DNA from: a candidate division GN15 bacterium
Lineage (GTDB): Bacteria > Zixibacteria > MSB-5A5 > GN15 > FEB-12
NCBI GenBank assembly: GCA_014727815.1
Contig: WJMS01000066.1
Location: forward strand, 1-52,100
Reading direction: 5' to 3'
Length of the DNA: 52,100 nt
Part shown: positions 9,932 to 19,432 of the stretch, piece after piece
How positions within the stretch are numbered: the first letter of the stretch is position 1
How the letters are laid out: every line of letters begins with the position of its first letter
Program-made: the position numbers and the translations under genes
Notes under the pieces: model-generated
The model's input: the letters and a program-made list of their open reading frames with translations, nothing else
Told to the model about the DNA's origin: nothing
Database searches by the model: none

Positions 9932-11113
9932 GTGATACAGTCGATTTTACATATCGTTCTCTTCGCAGCCATCTGCTTCGGCATCCTGTATTTCACCGTC
10001 GCTGCAGGCTTCATCGCCCTCGAGCGTCTGCGGGCCCGGCGCCGTTCCGACGTCCCGGCCTACCGCCCGCCGATCACCGTCTTCAAGCCGCTCAAGGGGC
10101 TCGATGATCAACTCGAGGACAACCTGCGTTCATTCTTTGAACTCGACTACCCTGAGTACGAGTTGCTCTTCGGCGTCGCCGACACCGATGACCCGGCGAT
10201 CGACGTTGTCCAGAAGCTCCGCCGGGTCTACCCGATGGTCCACGCCCGTCTGGTTGTCGACCCCGGACAGATCGGTCTCAATCCGAAAGTCAACAACCTG
10301 CACAATATGTATCCTTTCGCCCGGCACGACTACTTCGTCATCTCCGACAGCAACGTCCGGGTACCGCGCAATTACCTGAGCGATCTGATCGCTCACATGC
10401 AATCCGACGACGTCGGTATGGTTACCTCGCATATCCGCGGGGTAGGCGCCACCACGTTCGGCGCCGCCATGGAGAACCTGCACCTGAACACCTTCATCGC
10501 CGACAGCGTCTATGCCGTCGGCCGCTTGTTCGGTGTGCCGGTGACAATCGGCAAGTCGATGTTGATCCGTCGGGAGACCCTGGAATCGATCGGCGGCTTC
10601 CGCGCATTCGCCCAGTACCTGCTCGAGGATGGGCTGCTGGGCAAGGCCATCGATGAGCGCGGCATGACGGTCTTGACTACCTGCCTGCCGGTGGAAAACG
10701 TCAATGCCACCTGGACGCTCACCCGCTTCTGCAGTCGCCACCTGCGCTGGGCAACCATGCGCCGGCATCTGAATATCGGGTATTACATCGCGGAGATCCT
10801 GTCCAACCCGACCGCCCTGGCCCTGATCAACTTCTCTGTCCAGCGTGACCCGGCCTCGCTCGGCCTGCTGTTGTCGGTCAGCGCCGCGCGGATAGTGCTC
10901 GACATGATCACCGGCCTGCTCATGCGCTCCGAGAGCCGCTGGAGTCACTATCTCATGGTTCCCGTCAAGGACCTCGTCATGTTCGGACTCTGGCTGATAC
11001 CCTTCTTCAACCGCATGGTGACTTGGCGCGGTCACCGGTTCCGGGTGCGAAAACTCACTCGACTCGAACCGGTGGCTACCGAGGTCGCCGAAGCCGACCT
11101 GACCACCGGGTGA
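9932..11113 (+). CDS. membrane glycosyltransferase, GT2/GT21 ceramide-glucosyltransferase-like
   Basis: An N-terminal TM is followed by PITVFKPLKG..D, ISDSN and LLEDG acidic motifs, then a RHLRW (QxxRW-like) motif and C-terminal TM segments. GTG start. Confidence 0.65.
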   Translation: MIQSILHIVLFAAICFGILYFTVAAGFIALERLRARRRSDVPAYRPPITVFKPLKGLDDQLEDNLRSFFELDYPEYELLFGVADTDDPAIDVVQKLRRVYPMVHARLVVDPGQIGLNPKVNNLHNMYPFARHDYFVISDSNVRVPRNYLSDLIAHMQSDDVGMVTSHIRGVGATTFGAAMENLHLNTFIADSVYAVGRLFGVPVTIGKSMLIRRETLESIGGFRAFAQYLLEDGLLGKAIDERGMTVLTTCLPVENVNATWTLTRFCSRHLRWATMRRHLNIGYYIAEILSNPTALALINFSVQRDPASLGLLLSVSAARIVLDMITGLLMRSESRWSHYLMVPVKDLVMFGLWLIPFFNRMVTWRGHRFRVRKLTRLEPVATEVAEADLTTG

Positions 11114-11252
11114 GGATGTCGTTGATGATCGGTATCACCACAGCTACTCACCCGGCGCCACCGGTACCGATCATTGATTGTCATCTTTTCAATGGCAAGA
11201 GACGTCCCCAGTCATTTGACAGCACTGCATACCCAACGGAAGGTTACCGAAC

Positions 11253-12218
11253 ATGAGAATCTTCGATGATTTCGTCCGGGACAACCCGCGCGTGGAGATC
11301 ATCTCCAACGATGGTCGGCCGACCCCAATTCCGCGCACGTGGCGGCCGATCCTCGGCGACAGCGACATCCTCGTGGCCATCCCCGACATGCACATGTTCC
11401 ATTACAATTCCAATCTGGACAATTTCAAGTACGGCGCCGAATCGATGCTCGACTTTCTCGTACACTGCGAAATCGTCCAGCGCCAGCTCTTCTGCGAGGG
11501 CCGCTCGCTCAAGCTGTATCAGCTCGGTGACCTGTACGAACTGCGCTTTCCCAACTCGCTGTCGAATGGCCGCGCCACCAGCCGGGAGATCCGCCGTTCA
11601 CACCCGCTCTACGCCGCCATCATTCGCCAGATGGGTGTGCTCAATCCCTGCCTGATCTACGGCAACCACGACTGGGAACACCGCCACCACCCCGGTTTCC
11701 GTGAAAGCGCCCGCAACGGGCAGGTCTACATGGAGCATGGCTACTCGGCCGATCGCTGGTACCATTTCACCAACCCGGAACTGCCGGGCTGGAACCAGGT
11801 GATGACGGTCTTCAAGACCCTGCGGCGGGTCGAGGCCTCACTGGCCGACATGCGCCGGGCCTGGCTGCGACTACCCGAGTATCGTCATGTCGCCTACGGT
11901 GTCGTCTCCGGAGAACTGGAGATTTCGCACTATCCCGAAGAGAGCACCTACCCGGACCGTCAGATCAGCCACTTCACGTCGTTGCTGCGACGTTTCCGCT
12001 CACACGGCAACCCGGCGCGGGTGTGTCTCGTCGCCCACACCCACCATCCGTTTATCGATCCGGAGTTCGACGATGGCCGGTCGATCTATATCGATGCCGG
12101 CGCATGGACCGATGGCCGCTCGGATTTTGTGGTGATTACCAACGAAGAAGCCGCCGTCTGCCGCTACCGCCGCGCCGCCTCGGTCGAGGTCGCCCTCGGC
12201 TACCGCACCGCGGTATAG
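11253..12218 (+). CDS. calcineurin-like metallophosphoesterase
   Basis: Ordered metallophosphoesterase motifs are present: IPDMH, LGDLYE, GNHD and AHTHHP. Confidence 0.65.
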   Translation: MRIFDDFVRDNPRVEIISNDGRPTPIPRTWRPILGDSDILVAIPDMHMFHYNSNLDNFKYGAESMLDFLVHCEIVQRQLFCEGRSLKLYQLGDLYELRFPNSLSNGRATSREIRRSHPLYAAIIRQMGVLNPCLIYGNHDWEHRHHPGFRESARNGQVYMEHGYSADRWYHFTNPELPGWNQVMTVFKTLRRVEASLADMRRAWLRLPEYRHVAYGVVSGELEISHYPEESTYPDRQISHFTSLLRRFRSHGNPARVCLVAHTHHPFIDPEFDDGRSIYIDAGAWTDGRSDFVVITNEEAAVCRYRRAASVEVALGYRTAV

Positions 12219-12261
12219 AAGCTCTCGCATCGAAAGCGAGGGGCATCCGAAGCATGATTAG

Positions 12262-13596
12262 CTAGTCGATCTGAATATTCCCGATCAACTGATCGAGTTC
12301 GAGACGAGTGATCCGAGCCTGATAGCGGGCGACGATCAGCGCGTTTTGCGCCCGGCTGAGATTCACCTGGGCGTCGCGAAATTCCAGCGATGTCGCCGCG
12401 CCGATCCGGTAGCGATCCTGCTGCAGCGCCAGGTTTTGCTCGGCCGCCATCACATTCTGCGTCTCCAGCTCAACCAGTTCCAGGCGCTTGGCAAACTGCT
12501 CGAGTGTCCGCCGGACCTGCCCGACCAGGCGGTTGCGCGTGTCGCGCAGTTCGAGATGACGGTTGATTGCCTCGATTCGCGCGTTGTCATACGCAATCTT
12601 GTCACGCCCGCCGTTGAAGAGATTCCATGAGGCGATCAGGCCAATCGAGGCGTCTGTCGCCTGTGTTTCGATATCCTGTTCGAAATCGGGATTGGCGCTA
12701 GAGGTTGTTCGATCGGAGTAGCCGTATTCGGCATTGAGCGAGATACGCGGGAAAAATGTCGAGCGCTGCGAGTTGACCAGGTCATCCGCGACCCGCTTGT
12801 TCTGCTGCGCCACCAGTAGAGCGGCATTGCGCTCCTCGGCCCGCTCCAGCACCTGCTCTTGCTGGAGTTGCAGGGGTGGAATCGTAATCTGCTTGCTGAC
12901 CGTTACGGGGACATCAGGCTCGCGTCCGAGCTGAAGATTCAATTCCTGCCGCGCCAGCGTGACCGCCAGCTCCTGATTGAGCAGGGTCGCCTGATCGTTA
13001 TTGAACGCTACCCGGGCATTGAGAAAGTCGGTCGAGGACGCCCCGCCGAGTTCGTTGCGCACCTCTTCCTTGTTCAGCCGTTCGCGCGAGATGTCGCGCG
13101 TGCGCCGGGCCACATCGAGCAACTGCTCCTGCTGCACCAAATCGTAATACGCCCGCGTGATCGTCACCACCGTGTTTTCAATCGTCAAGCGCGCCTGATA
13201 CTCGCCCAGCCGCGCCAGCTCATCGTACCGGCTCTCCTCGGCGAACATGCGAAAACCGTCGAACAACGTCCAGTTCAACGCCACCGAAGCGCCACTGGCA
13301 CGCGTGTCGGAATCACCGAAACTGAACGGCGAGTTGGTCTCTTCATCGGTCGAACTGTAGGTGTGATTCCCCGAAGCATCGAGCGTCGGCAGCAACTCGG
13401 CCGTCCCTCGCCCCTCGTTGTTCCGTGCGATCTCCGCCGAATTGCGTGCGATCCGAATGCTGTAGTTGTTCTCCAGACCGATCCGGATCGCATCCTCAAC
13501 CGTCATCTCCTCCTGCGCGGACACGGTCGCAGCCACCGGCGGGACGACCAGGAGAGTCACGGCAAGGACCAGGATGCGGATTGTGCGCGTCATCAC
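12262..13596 (-). CDS. TolC-family outer membrane efflux protein
   Basis: Has a signal peptide and two OEP-type helical repeat halves. It is the last gene of an MFP-RND-OMF operon. Confidence 0.85.
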   Translation of the reverse strand: MMTRTIRILVLAVTLLVVPPVAATVSAQEEMTVEDAIRIGLENNYSIRIARNSAEIARNNEGRGTAELLPTLDASGNHTYSSTDEETNSPFSFGDSDTRASGASVALNWTLFDGFRMFAEESRYDELARLGEYQARLTIENTVVTITRAYYDLVQQEQLLDVARRTRDISRERLNKEEVRNELGGASSTDFLNARVAFNNDQATLLNQELAVTLARQELNLQLGREPDVPVTVSKQITIPPLQLQQEQVLERAEERNAALLVAQQNKRVADDLVNSQRSTFFPRISLNAEYGYSDRTTSSANPDFEQDIETQATDASIGLIASWNLFNGGRDKIAYDNARIEAINRHLELRDTRNRLVGQVRRTLEQFAKRLELVELETQNVMAAEQNLALQQDRYRIGAATSLEFRDAQVNLSRAQNALIVARYQARITRLELDQLIGNIQID

Positions 13597-16500
13597 TCAC
13601 TCCACCTTCGAAGTTTCCAGTTCCTGGACCGCCGGCTCGACCGCCTCGGCCGACATCCGCCTGCCGGCAAAGATGCGATTGAATTGTACCCGAAGACTGT
13701 TGGTCACCATGAACAACGCCGGCAGGATGATCAACAGGATGAACGTGCCGAACACGAGTCCGTACGCCACCGACACCGCCATCGGAATCAGGAACTGCGC
13801 CTGTCGACTGGTCTCGAATATCAACGGCGCAAGGCCCAGCGAGGTCGTCAGCGTCGTCAGGAGAATCGGCCGCAGACGAGCCAGGCCGGCGTTGTACACG
13901 GCATCAAAGACCGACTGCCCGCTTCGCAGGTTTCGATTCACGTAATCGACAAGCACGATACTGTCGTTAATGATGATACCCGAAAGCGCGATCACCCCGT
14001 ACAGCGACAGCGTGTTCAACTGAATCCCCTGGATACCGTGGCCCCAAACGGCGCCGAGAATGCCGATTGGAATCAGCGAGAAGATGATCCCCGCCTGCAG
14101 GTACGACCGGAATACGAGAATGACCAGAATGATCATGCCCACGAACGCGATCGGAAACGCCCGCCGCATCGATCCGATCACTTTCTCCTGCGAGCGCGAC
14201 TGCCCCTCCATCGAATAGCGCACGCCCTGCACCTGCGAGAGAATACCGGGTAAGACATCTTGCTCGATCTCGGCAAGGATCGGCGGAAGATCATCTTTAA
14301 CGTCAGCGAGGTTCGCTTCGACCTTGATCTCCCGCTGGCGCTCGAGATGGTTGATCTTGGTCACGCCGCGATCGATCGTGTACGTCGCCAGCTCACTGAA
14401 CGGGTACTCAGCGCCATTCGGCGTCCGTATCCGCATCCGGTCGAGAAAACCGATCGCCGCCCGGTCCTCCGGGCGGTAACGGACCCACACCTTGATCTCA
14501 TCCCGGCCCCGCTGGATCCGCTGCACCTCGGCCCCGAAGAACCCGGAGCGTACCTGCCCGGCGACATCGCGAAGCGTCAGGCCGAGCGCATAGGCCCGCG
14601 GTTTGAGCACGATATCGATCTCCCGGCGGCCCTCCTGATCGGAATCGGTCACGTCGGTCAGCGTCGCAAAATCCTCCAGCTCCGTCTTGAGCATCTGCCG
14701 GGCTTTGTCGAGTTCATCAAAGTCGTCACCGAGCAGGCTGATCGAGATCGGCTTGCCGAACCGGCTCGCCGCCCCGTACGTGATATTCTCCGCCTCGGGT
14801 ACCGGGCCCACCGCCTCGCGAATACGGTTGGCGATCACATAGCTTTCCAGCTGCCGCTCTTCACCATCCATCAGGAAGATCGTCAGCTTACCGGTGTGAC
14901 TGCCGCGCTCACCAAAGTCATTGGTGCCGATCTCCCGTTTGATTCCCTCGATCACCGGCTGGCTGTCCGGCCGCTCGGCGGTAAGTTGCTCGTTGACCTC
15001 CCAGGCACGCTCCTCGATCATCGCCAGCAGCGAATCCGTCATACGTTCCTGCCGCCCGGACACCAGCGACATATTGACCGGCACCGTGTCACTGTCGATG
15101 TACGGGAAAAACGTCAGCCCGATATGCCCGCCGAACAACAGGCCGTAGGTGATCGCCACCAGCCCGATCGGCAGCACCACCGTTGACCACTTGTGATTGA
15201 GCGCGAAGCGCAGTGATGGCGCGTAGATGCGATGTGTCAGGTAGTTGATGAACCGCTCGATGCGCTGGCGCATCGGCGGATCCTGCGAGTGCGGGTGCAG
15301 CCCTTTCGAATGGGCCAAGTGCGACGGTAGAATGAGATACGCCTCTACCAGTGAAAACAACAGCGAGGCAATCACCACCAGCGCCATATGCCAGATGAAC
15401 TTTCCTAGCAGACCATCGAGGAAAAAGAACGGCAGGAAAGCAATCACCGTCGTCAACACCGACGTCGTCACCGGCGCGATCACTTCCATCGTCCCGTCGA
15501 CCGCCGCCTTCAAGGCCGGCACACCCCGCTCGTAGTGGGCAAAGATATTTTCCCCCACGACAATGGCATCGTCGACCAGGATCCCCACCACGATGATCAT
15601 GCCGAACAGCGAGATCACGTTGATCGTCAGCCCGGCAAACCCGGCAATAATGAACATCCCCGCGAAAGAGAACGGAATCGCCACCGCCACCCACCACGAC
15701 ATGCGCAGGTTCAGGAAGAAACCGAGCGTGATGATAACCAGCAGCAGTCCGATCAGTCCGTTCTTGACGAGCAGGTTGACACGCTGCCGAAGCGGCACGG
15801 TCTGATCATCGGTTACCACCGCCTGGACATTTGCGTTGGCCTGGTTGAATTCATCGACCACCATGTGGGCGGTGTCGGCGATCGCGATGATATCTTCGTT
15901 CTCCGCCTGGTCGATCTGCAGCAGCACCGCCGTGCGGCCGTTGTAATACAACCGGTCCGGCACATCTTCCCACTGCTCGTCGATACGGGCGATATCGCTG
16001 AGATACACCACCGTGCCTTCGTCACTGCCACGCACCGGAATATCCGCAAACTGCTGCGCGAAATAGTCCCGGCCCCAGGCGCGAATAAGCAATTCCTCGG
16101 CCTCGGTCTCAACCGTCCCGCCGGACAGGTTGATATTCGCCTGGGCCACCGCCCGCGAAATCTCATCGAATGTCAACCCGTAGCGCTGCAGCGCTCCCTC
16201 GGAAACCTTCACGGCCACCTCGAGTTCGGGCAGACCCTGGATTGTCACCTGCGAGATTGCTTCGGTGGCCAGCAGGCGATCGCGAAAGTCCTCGGCGATA
16301 TACTTGAGATTGTACAGATCGGTTTGCCCGAACAGCACCACCGACATGGCGAACAGGCGAAACTCCTGCTCGAAAATCACCGGCTCCTCAGCGCCCTCCG
16401 GGAAAGAATTGATGCGGTCGACCGCGTTTTTGACGTCAGCGAGAACCTGATCGATATCCGATCCCTTGAGTGTCTCGACCGTTACGGTCCCGGTATTCTC

Positions 16501-16758
16501 GCGCGACACCGATGTTATCCGGTCGACCCCCTGCAGGCCGTCAAGATTCTCCTCGATCTTGAGCACCACCCCCTCGGCCACTTCCTCCGGCGATGCACCC
16601 GGGTAAACAACCTCAATGGTGATTGTATCAGGCGGGATCTCCGGAAAGAAAGAATAGCGCATCTGGTCGAGCGAGATAAACCCGAACGCGAAGACAGCCA
16701 GCATCAGCACCGTCACCCAGACGGGAAAGCGCACGAAAAACGAGACGACGCGACGCAT
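13597..16758 (-). CDS. RND efflux transporter permease (AcrB/HAE family)
   Basis: A 1053-aa protein with 12-TM/two-large-loop architecture and typical AcrB-like TM4/TM10 segments. Its start overlaps the MFP stop by 1 nt. Confidence 0.9.
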   Translation of the reverse strand: MRRVVSFFVRFPVWVTVLMLAVFAFGFISLDQMRYSFFPEIPPDTITIEVVYPGASPEEVAEGVVLKIEENLDGLQGVDRITSVSRENTGTVTVETLKGSDIDQVLADVKNAVDRINSFPEGAEEPVIFEQEFRLFAMSVVLFGQTDLYNLKYIAEDFRDRLLATEAISQVTIQGLPELEVAVKVSEGALQRYGLTFDEISRAVAQANINLSGGTVETEAEELLIRAWGRDYFAQQFADIPVRGSDEGTVVYLSDIARIDEQWEDVPDRLYYNGRTAVLLQIDQAENEDIIAIADTAHMVVDEFNQANANVQAVVTDDQTVPLRQRVNLLVKNGLIGLLLVIITLGFFLNLRMSWWVAVAIPFSFAGMFIIAGFAGLTINVISLFGMIIVVGILVDDAIVVGENIFAHYERGVPALKAAVDGTMEVIAPVTTSVLTTVIAFLPFFFLDGLLGKFIWHMALVVIASLLFSLVEAYLILPSHLAHSKGLHPHSQDPPMRQRIERFINYLTHRIYAPSLRFALNHKWSTVVLPIGLVAITYGLLFGGHIGLTFFPYIDSDTVPVNMSLVSGRQERMTDSLLAMIEERAWEVNEQLTAERPDSQPVIEGIKREIGTNDFGERGSHTGKLTIFLMDGEERQLESYVIANRIREAVGPVPEAENITYGAASRFGKPISISLLGDDFDELDKARQMLKTELEDFATLTDVTDSDQEGRREIDIVLKPRAYALGLTLRDVAGQVRSGFFGAEVQRIQRGRDEIKVWVRYRPEDRAAIGFLDRMRIRTPNGAEYPFSELATYTIDRGVTKINHLERQREIKVEANLADVKDDLPPILAEIEQDVLPGILSQVQGVRYSMEGQSRSQEKVIGSMRRAFPIAFVGMIILVILVFRSYLQAGIIFSLIPIGILGAVWGHGIQGIQLNTLSLYGVIALSGIIINDSIVLVDYVNRNLRSGQSVFDAVYNAGLARLRPILLTTLTTSLGLAPLIFETSRQAQFLIPMAVSVAYGLVFGTFILLIILPALFMVTNSLRVQFNRIFAGRRMSAEAVEPAVQELETSKVE

Positions 16759-17933
16759 CAGCTGCCCTGCTCCGCCGGGGTGGTGGTGATCGTGCGTCCG
16801 ATCCGAGGCTTAGCCGGCATGCCGGTCGCCACTCCCTGCAGCAACTCGACCACCAGCGTATCACCGGTCTGGAGTCCCGATGACACCAGCACGTGGTCGG
16901 TCTCACGACGGGCTATTTCGACCGCGCGACGGTCGAGCTTGCCCTCATCGACCACATAGACGTACGTATCATTGTACAGCGCCAGTCGCGGAATCCGCAC
17001 GGCGCCGGCAATGATCTCCCCGGGGATTTCTGCCTCGAGGAAAATACCGTCATACAGCATCCCGGCATCCGACTGGTCAACGGTCAGGTACACCGGCACC
17101 GTCTGCGTGCGTGAGTCGATATTGTTGCCGACCCGCTTGACCCGGCCGGTCCACTCCCCCGGCAGTTCGGTCGAGGTGAAACTGACCCGCTGGTCGCGCG
17201 ACAACCACGGAATGTCGGCTACCGCAACCGGCACCTCGATCTCGAGGTCTTCGAGATTGATGATCTGCCCCACCAGCGTGCCGCTGCGCACACTTGATCC
17301 CTCGCGAAGGTTTGCATTCACAATCGAGCCGTCAAACGGCGCGTAGAAACGGTGCTTGTCGAGTTGTATCTCGAGATTGCGCGCCGTGAAGTACAGCCGG
17401 TACACATTGAAACGGGAGAGGAACATCTTGATCTTCTGGTTGGCCGTCTCCGGCAGGTCGGGCAGACGATCGTTGAAATTGACCCGATCGAAGTAATCCT
17501 GCCAGACGGCAAACTGGTCGGGAAAATCAACCTTGATCTCCGGCAGCACCGATGCCAGCGCGTTGAGCAATTCACTCTTGGCGCTGTTGAGATCGAGCCG
17601 CGCCTGGCGGTCATCCACTTTCAGCAGCAAATCGCCCCGCGCAAATGCCTGCGCCGGTTTGAAGGGTATATTCCCCTCCACCAGTGTACCGGCCACCTCA
17701 CTGTACAACTCGACCGGCTGGGCGCTGGTCAGACGACCATACGCCGCAATCTCCGCCCGGACCGTATCGAGCGTCACCACCCGCACATCAACAATCCGTG
17801 TACGCGGCGCCGGGGTACGACGGGCCGGTTCTTCCCGCATCGAGGCCAACCAGACCCCGACCAGGATTGAGACACCCAGTATCGCAACCGGGATCCCAAG
17901 TCGAAAGATCAAGCGACGGGTCGTGTCCTTCAT
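16758..17933 (-). CDS. RND periplasmic adaptor (membrane fusion protein, HlyD family)
   Basis: An N-terminal TM anchor is followed by lipoyl/hairpin/beta-barrel style sequence. It sits immediately upstream of the RND pump. Confidence 0.85.
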   Translation of the reverse strand: MKDTTRRLIFRLGIPVAILGVSILVGVWLASMREEPARRTPAPRTRIVDVRVVTLDTVRAEIAAYGRLTSAQPVELYSEVAGTLVEGNIPFKPAQAFARGDLLLKVDDRQARLDLNSAKSELLNALASVLPEIKVDFPDQFAVWQDYFDRVNFNDRLPDLPETANQKIKMFLSRFNVYRLYFTARNLEIQLDKHRFYAPFDGSIVNANLREGSSVRSGTLVGQIINLEDLEIEVPVAVADIPWLSRDQRVSFTSTELPGEWTGRVKRVGNNIDSRTQTVPVYLTVDQSDAGMLYDGIFLEAEIPGEIIAGAVRIPRLALYNDTYVYVVDEGKLDRRAVEIARRETDHVLVSSGLQTGDTLVVELLQGVATGMPAKPRIGRTITTTPAEQGS

Positions 17934-17984
17934 CAGCTCCTTCCACCACGTCTGTTCGTATTGTTCATGACTGTATCGCGATGC

Positions 17985-18734
17985 CTACAGCATCGTCATC
18001 CCGCCATCCACCGGTATATAGCCGCCGGTAACAAACCGCGTTTCTTCCGAGAGCATCATGAGTATTACTCCGGCGATGTCCTCGGGCAAGCCGTTTCTCC
18101 TCAGCGGGGTCATACCGGAGATCATCTTCTTCTGCTCATCCGGCACGTGACTGGTCGCATCCGTAATGGTCAGACCGGGAGACACCGTGTTCACGCGGAT
18201 GCCTGACGGCGACAACTCCAGCGCCATCGACCGCACGAGTGCGTTGAGGGCGGCCTTGGCCGTACTGTGCGCACAAAAACCGAATCCCGCTTGTTTCGAT
18301 AGCCCACTGGAAACTGCAACAATGTTACCCTGCTTGCGTTCCAGCATGCCCGGCACAAATGCCCTGGCACAATGAAAGGCCGCCTGCATTTCGCCGGTGA
18401 CTTTGGCCGCGAAGTCGGCCCAGGGGTATTCCATAAACGGCAGCATCGGGAAACTGATACTGGCATTGATTACCAGCGAGTCGATCGGACCAAGCGCTTT
18501 CTCCGCTTCCTCGGCCATCCGCGCCACCTGCTCCTCATCGCGAACGTCGGCGCCGATCGCCACCGCCGTCCCTCCGGCATCGGTGATCTCCGTGACAATC
18601 GCCTCGGCCGCCGCCTGGCTCGCCATGTAGTTGACCGCCACCCGTGCGCCATGCTGCGCGCACAGCCTGGCCGTCGATGCACCAATCCCACGACTCGCGC
18701 CCGTAATCACAATATTGCGGTTGTCCAACAACAT
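17985..18734 (-). CDS. SDR-family oxidoreductase (FabG-like) with HxxxK in place of YxxxK
   Basis: Carries ITGASRGIG and NASI. The expected catalytic Tyr position reads AHSTAK (His codon at 18267-18269). The start is taken at MLLDNRNIVITG (ATG at 18734). Confidence 0.8.
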   Translation of the reverse strand: MLLDNRNIVITGASRGIGASTARLCAQHGARVAVNYMASQAAAEAIVTEITDAGGTAVAIGADVRDEEQVARMAEEAEKALGPIDSLVINASISFPMLPFMEYPWADFAAKVTGEMQAAFHCARAFVPGMLERKQGNIVAVSSGLSKQAGFGFCAHSTAKAALNALVRSMALELSPSGIRVNTVSPGLTITDATSHVPDEQKKMISGMTPLRRNGLPEDIAGVILMMLSEETRFVTGGYIPVDGGMTML

Positions 18735-18735
18735 G

Positions 18736-19215
18736 TCACCCTCCTCGTCTCCCCGTGGCGGCGCCACCGGGGGTATGCTCTACATTCTCCCAGATCTTCT
18801 TCAGCACCTCTTTGCAGATCAGCAACTCGTCGGGGTCGATGCCCGCCTCGGCCTCAGCCAGGGTCCGCTTCACGACCACCGTCAGGTCCTCGCGCAACGC
18901 TCGGCCCTTATCGGTCAGATAGACCATGTTCTGACGACGGTCTTCCGTTCCGGGAACGCGCTTGATCAAGCCATGCCGGGCCATCGTATCCAGCTGACGA
19001 GTGATACTGGTCTTGTCCTTGCCGATAATGTCCGCCAGCCACTGCTGACACCGTCCCTCGTGATGCCACAGATTAACGATAATGATCCACTGCTCCGCCG
19101 TCACCGAATAACCATCGGCTTCGAGATTGTGGTTCAATCGATTCTGCAGCGCCCGCGAGGTTCGCCCAACCAGCCGGCCCAGCGAGTTTTGAAGGTCTAA
19201 CGAAGTATCCGCCAT
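18736..19215 (-). CDS. MarR-family transcriptional regulator
   Basis: Winged-helix region ITRQLDTMARHGLIKRVPGTEDRRQNMVYLTDKG. The start is taken at MADTSLDLQ (ATG at 19215). It is the first gene of the SDR-RND operon. Confidence 0.85.
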   Translation of the reverse strand: MADTSLDLQNSLGRLVGRTSRALQNRLNHNLEADGYSVTAEQWIIIVNLWHHEGRCQQWLADIIGKDKTSITRQLDTMARHGLIKRVPGTEDRRQNMVYLTDKGRALREDLTVVVKRTLAEAEAGIDPDELLICKEVLKKIWENVEHTPGGAATGRRGG

Positions 19216-19240
19216 ATTTAATTGCCTATACAACTGTTGC

Positions 19241-19278
19241 TATGTAAACTATGTAAACTATAACAGCCGGGCTGTCAA
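19241..19278 (-). promoter_or_regulatory. putative marR promoter with tandem 9-bp repeat (candidate operator)
   Basis: On the minus strand, TTGACA (19278-19273) is followed by 17 nt and then TACATA (19255-19250). The -10 lies inside a tandem direct repeat, TATGTAAAC x2 on the plus strand (19241-19258). Confidence 0.4.
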
Positions 19279-19317
19279 GTAGTAAAAGGATGAAATTGAA
19301 AGGTAAATACGCGGCGG

Positions 19318-19390
19318 ACAAAAATAGACCGGCGGGCGGGGCGCTGGGAGGGGGGCAGAAACCCAGCGGGGTATACCCACCCCACCGGTC
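19318..19390 (-). terminator. orphan GC-rich multi-hairpin element with U-tract (terminator-like or small RNA 3' end)
   Basis: On the minus strand, the outer stem GACCGGUGGG pairs with CCCGCCGGUC. It encloses two hairpins (GGGUAUACCC and CUGGG...CCCAG) and is followed by UAUUUUUG. No minus-strand gene lies upstream of it. Confidence 0.35.
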
Positions 19391-19415
19391 GCAGTCTGTC
19401 GCCAATAAGGTGGTC

Positions 19416-19432
19416 TTGACAGTTACTGTCAA
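19416..19432. repeat. perfect palindrome TTGACAGT-T-ACTGTCAA
   Basis: An 8-bp inverted repeat with a 1-nt spacer that presents TTGACA on both strands. On the plus strand it is followed after 18 nt by TCTAAT (19440-19445). Confidence 0.6.

Noticed and set aside
12859-16959. Two long plus-strand ORFs (12859..14253, 464 aa; 15535..16959, 474 aa) opposite the TolC/RND/MFP genes
   Set aside because: They lie antisense to unmistakable efflux genes. Their products are dominated by R, H, D, Q, P and G runs with no recognisable domains. They are shadow ORFs.
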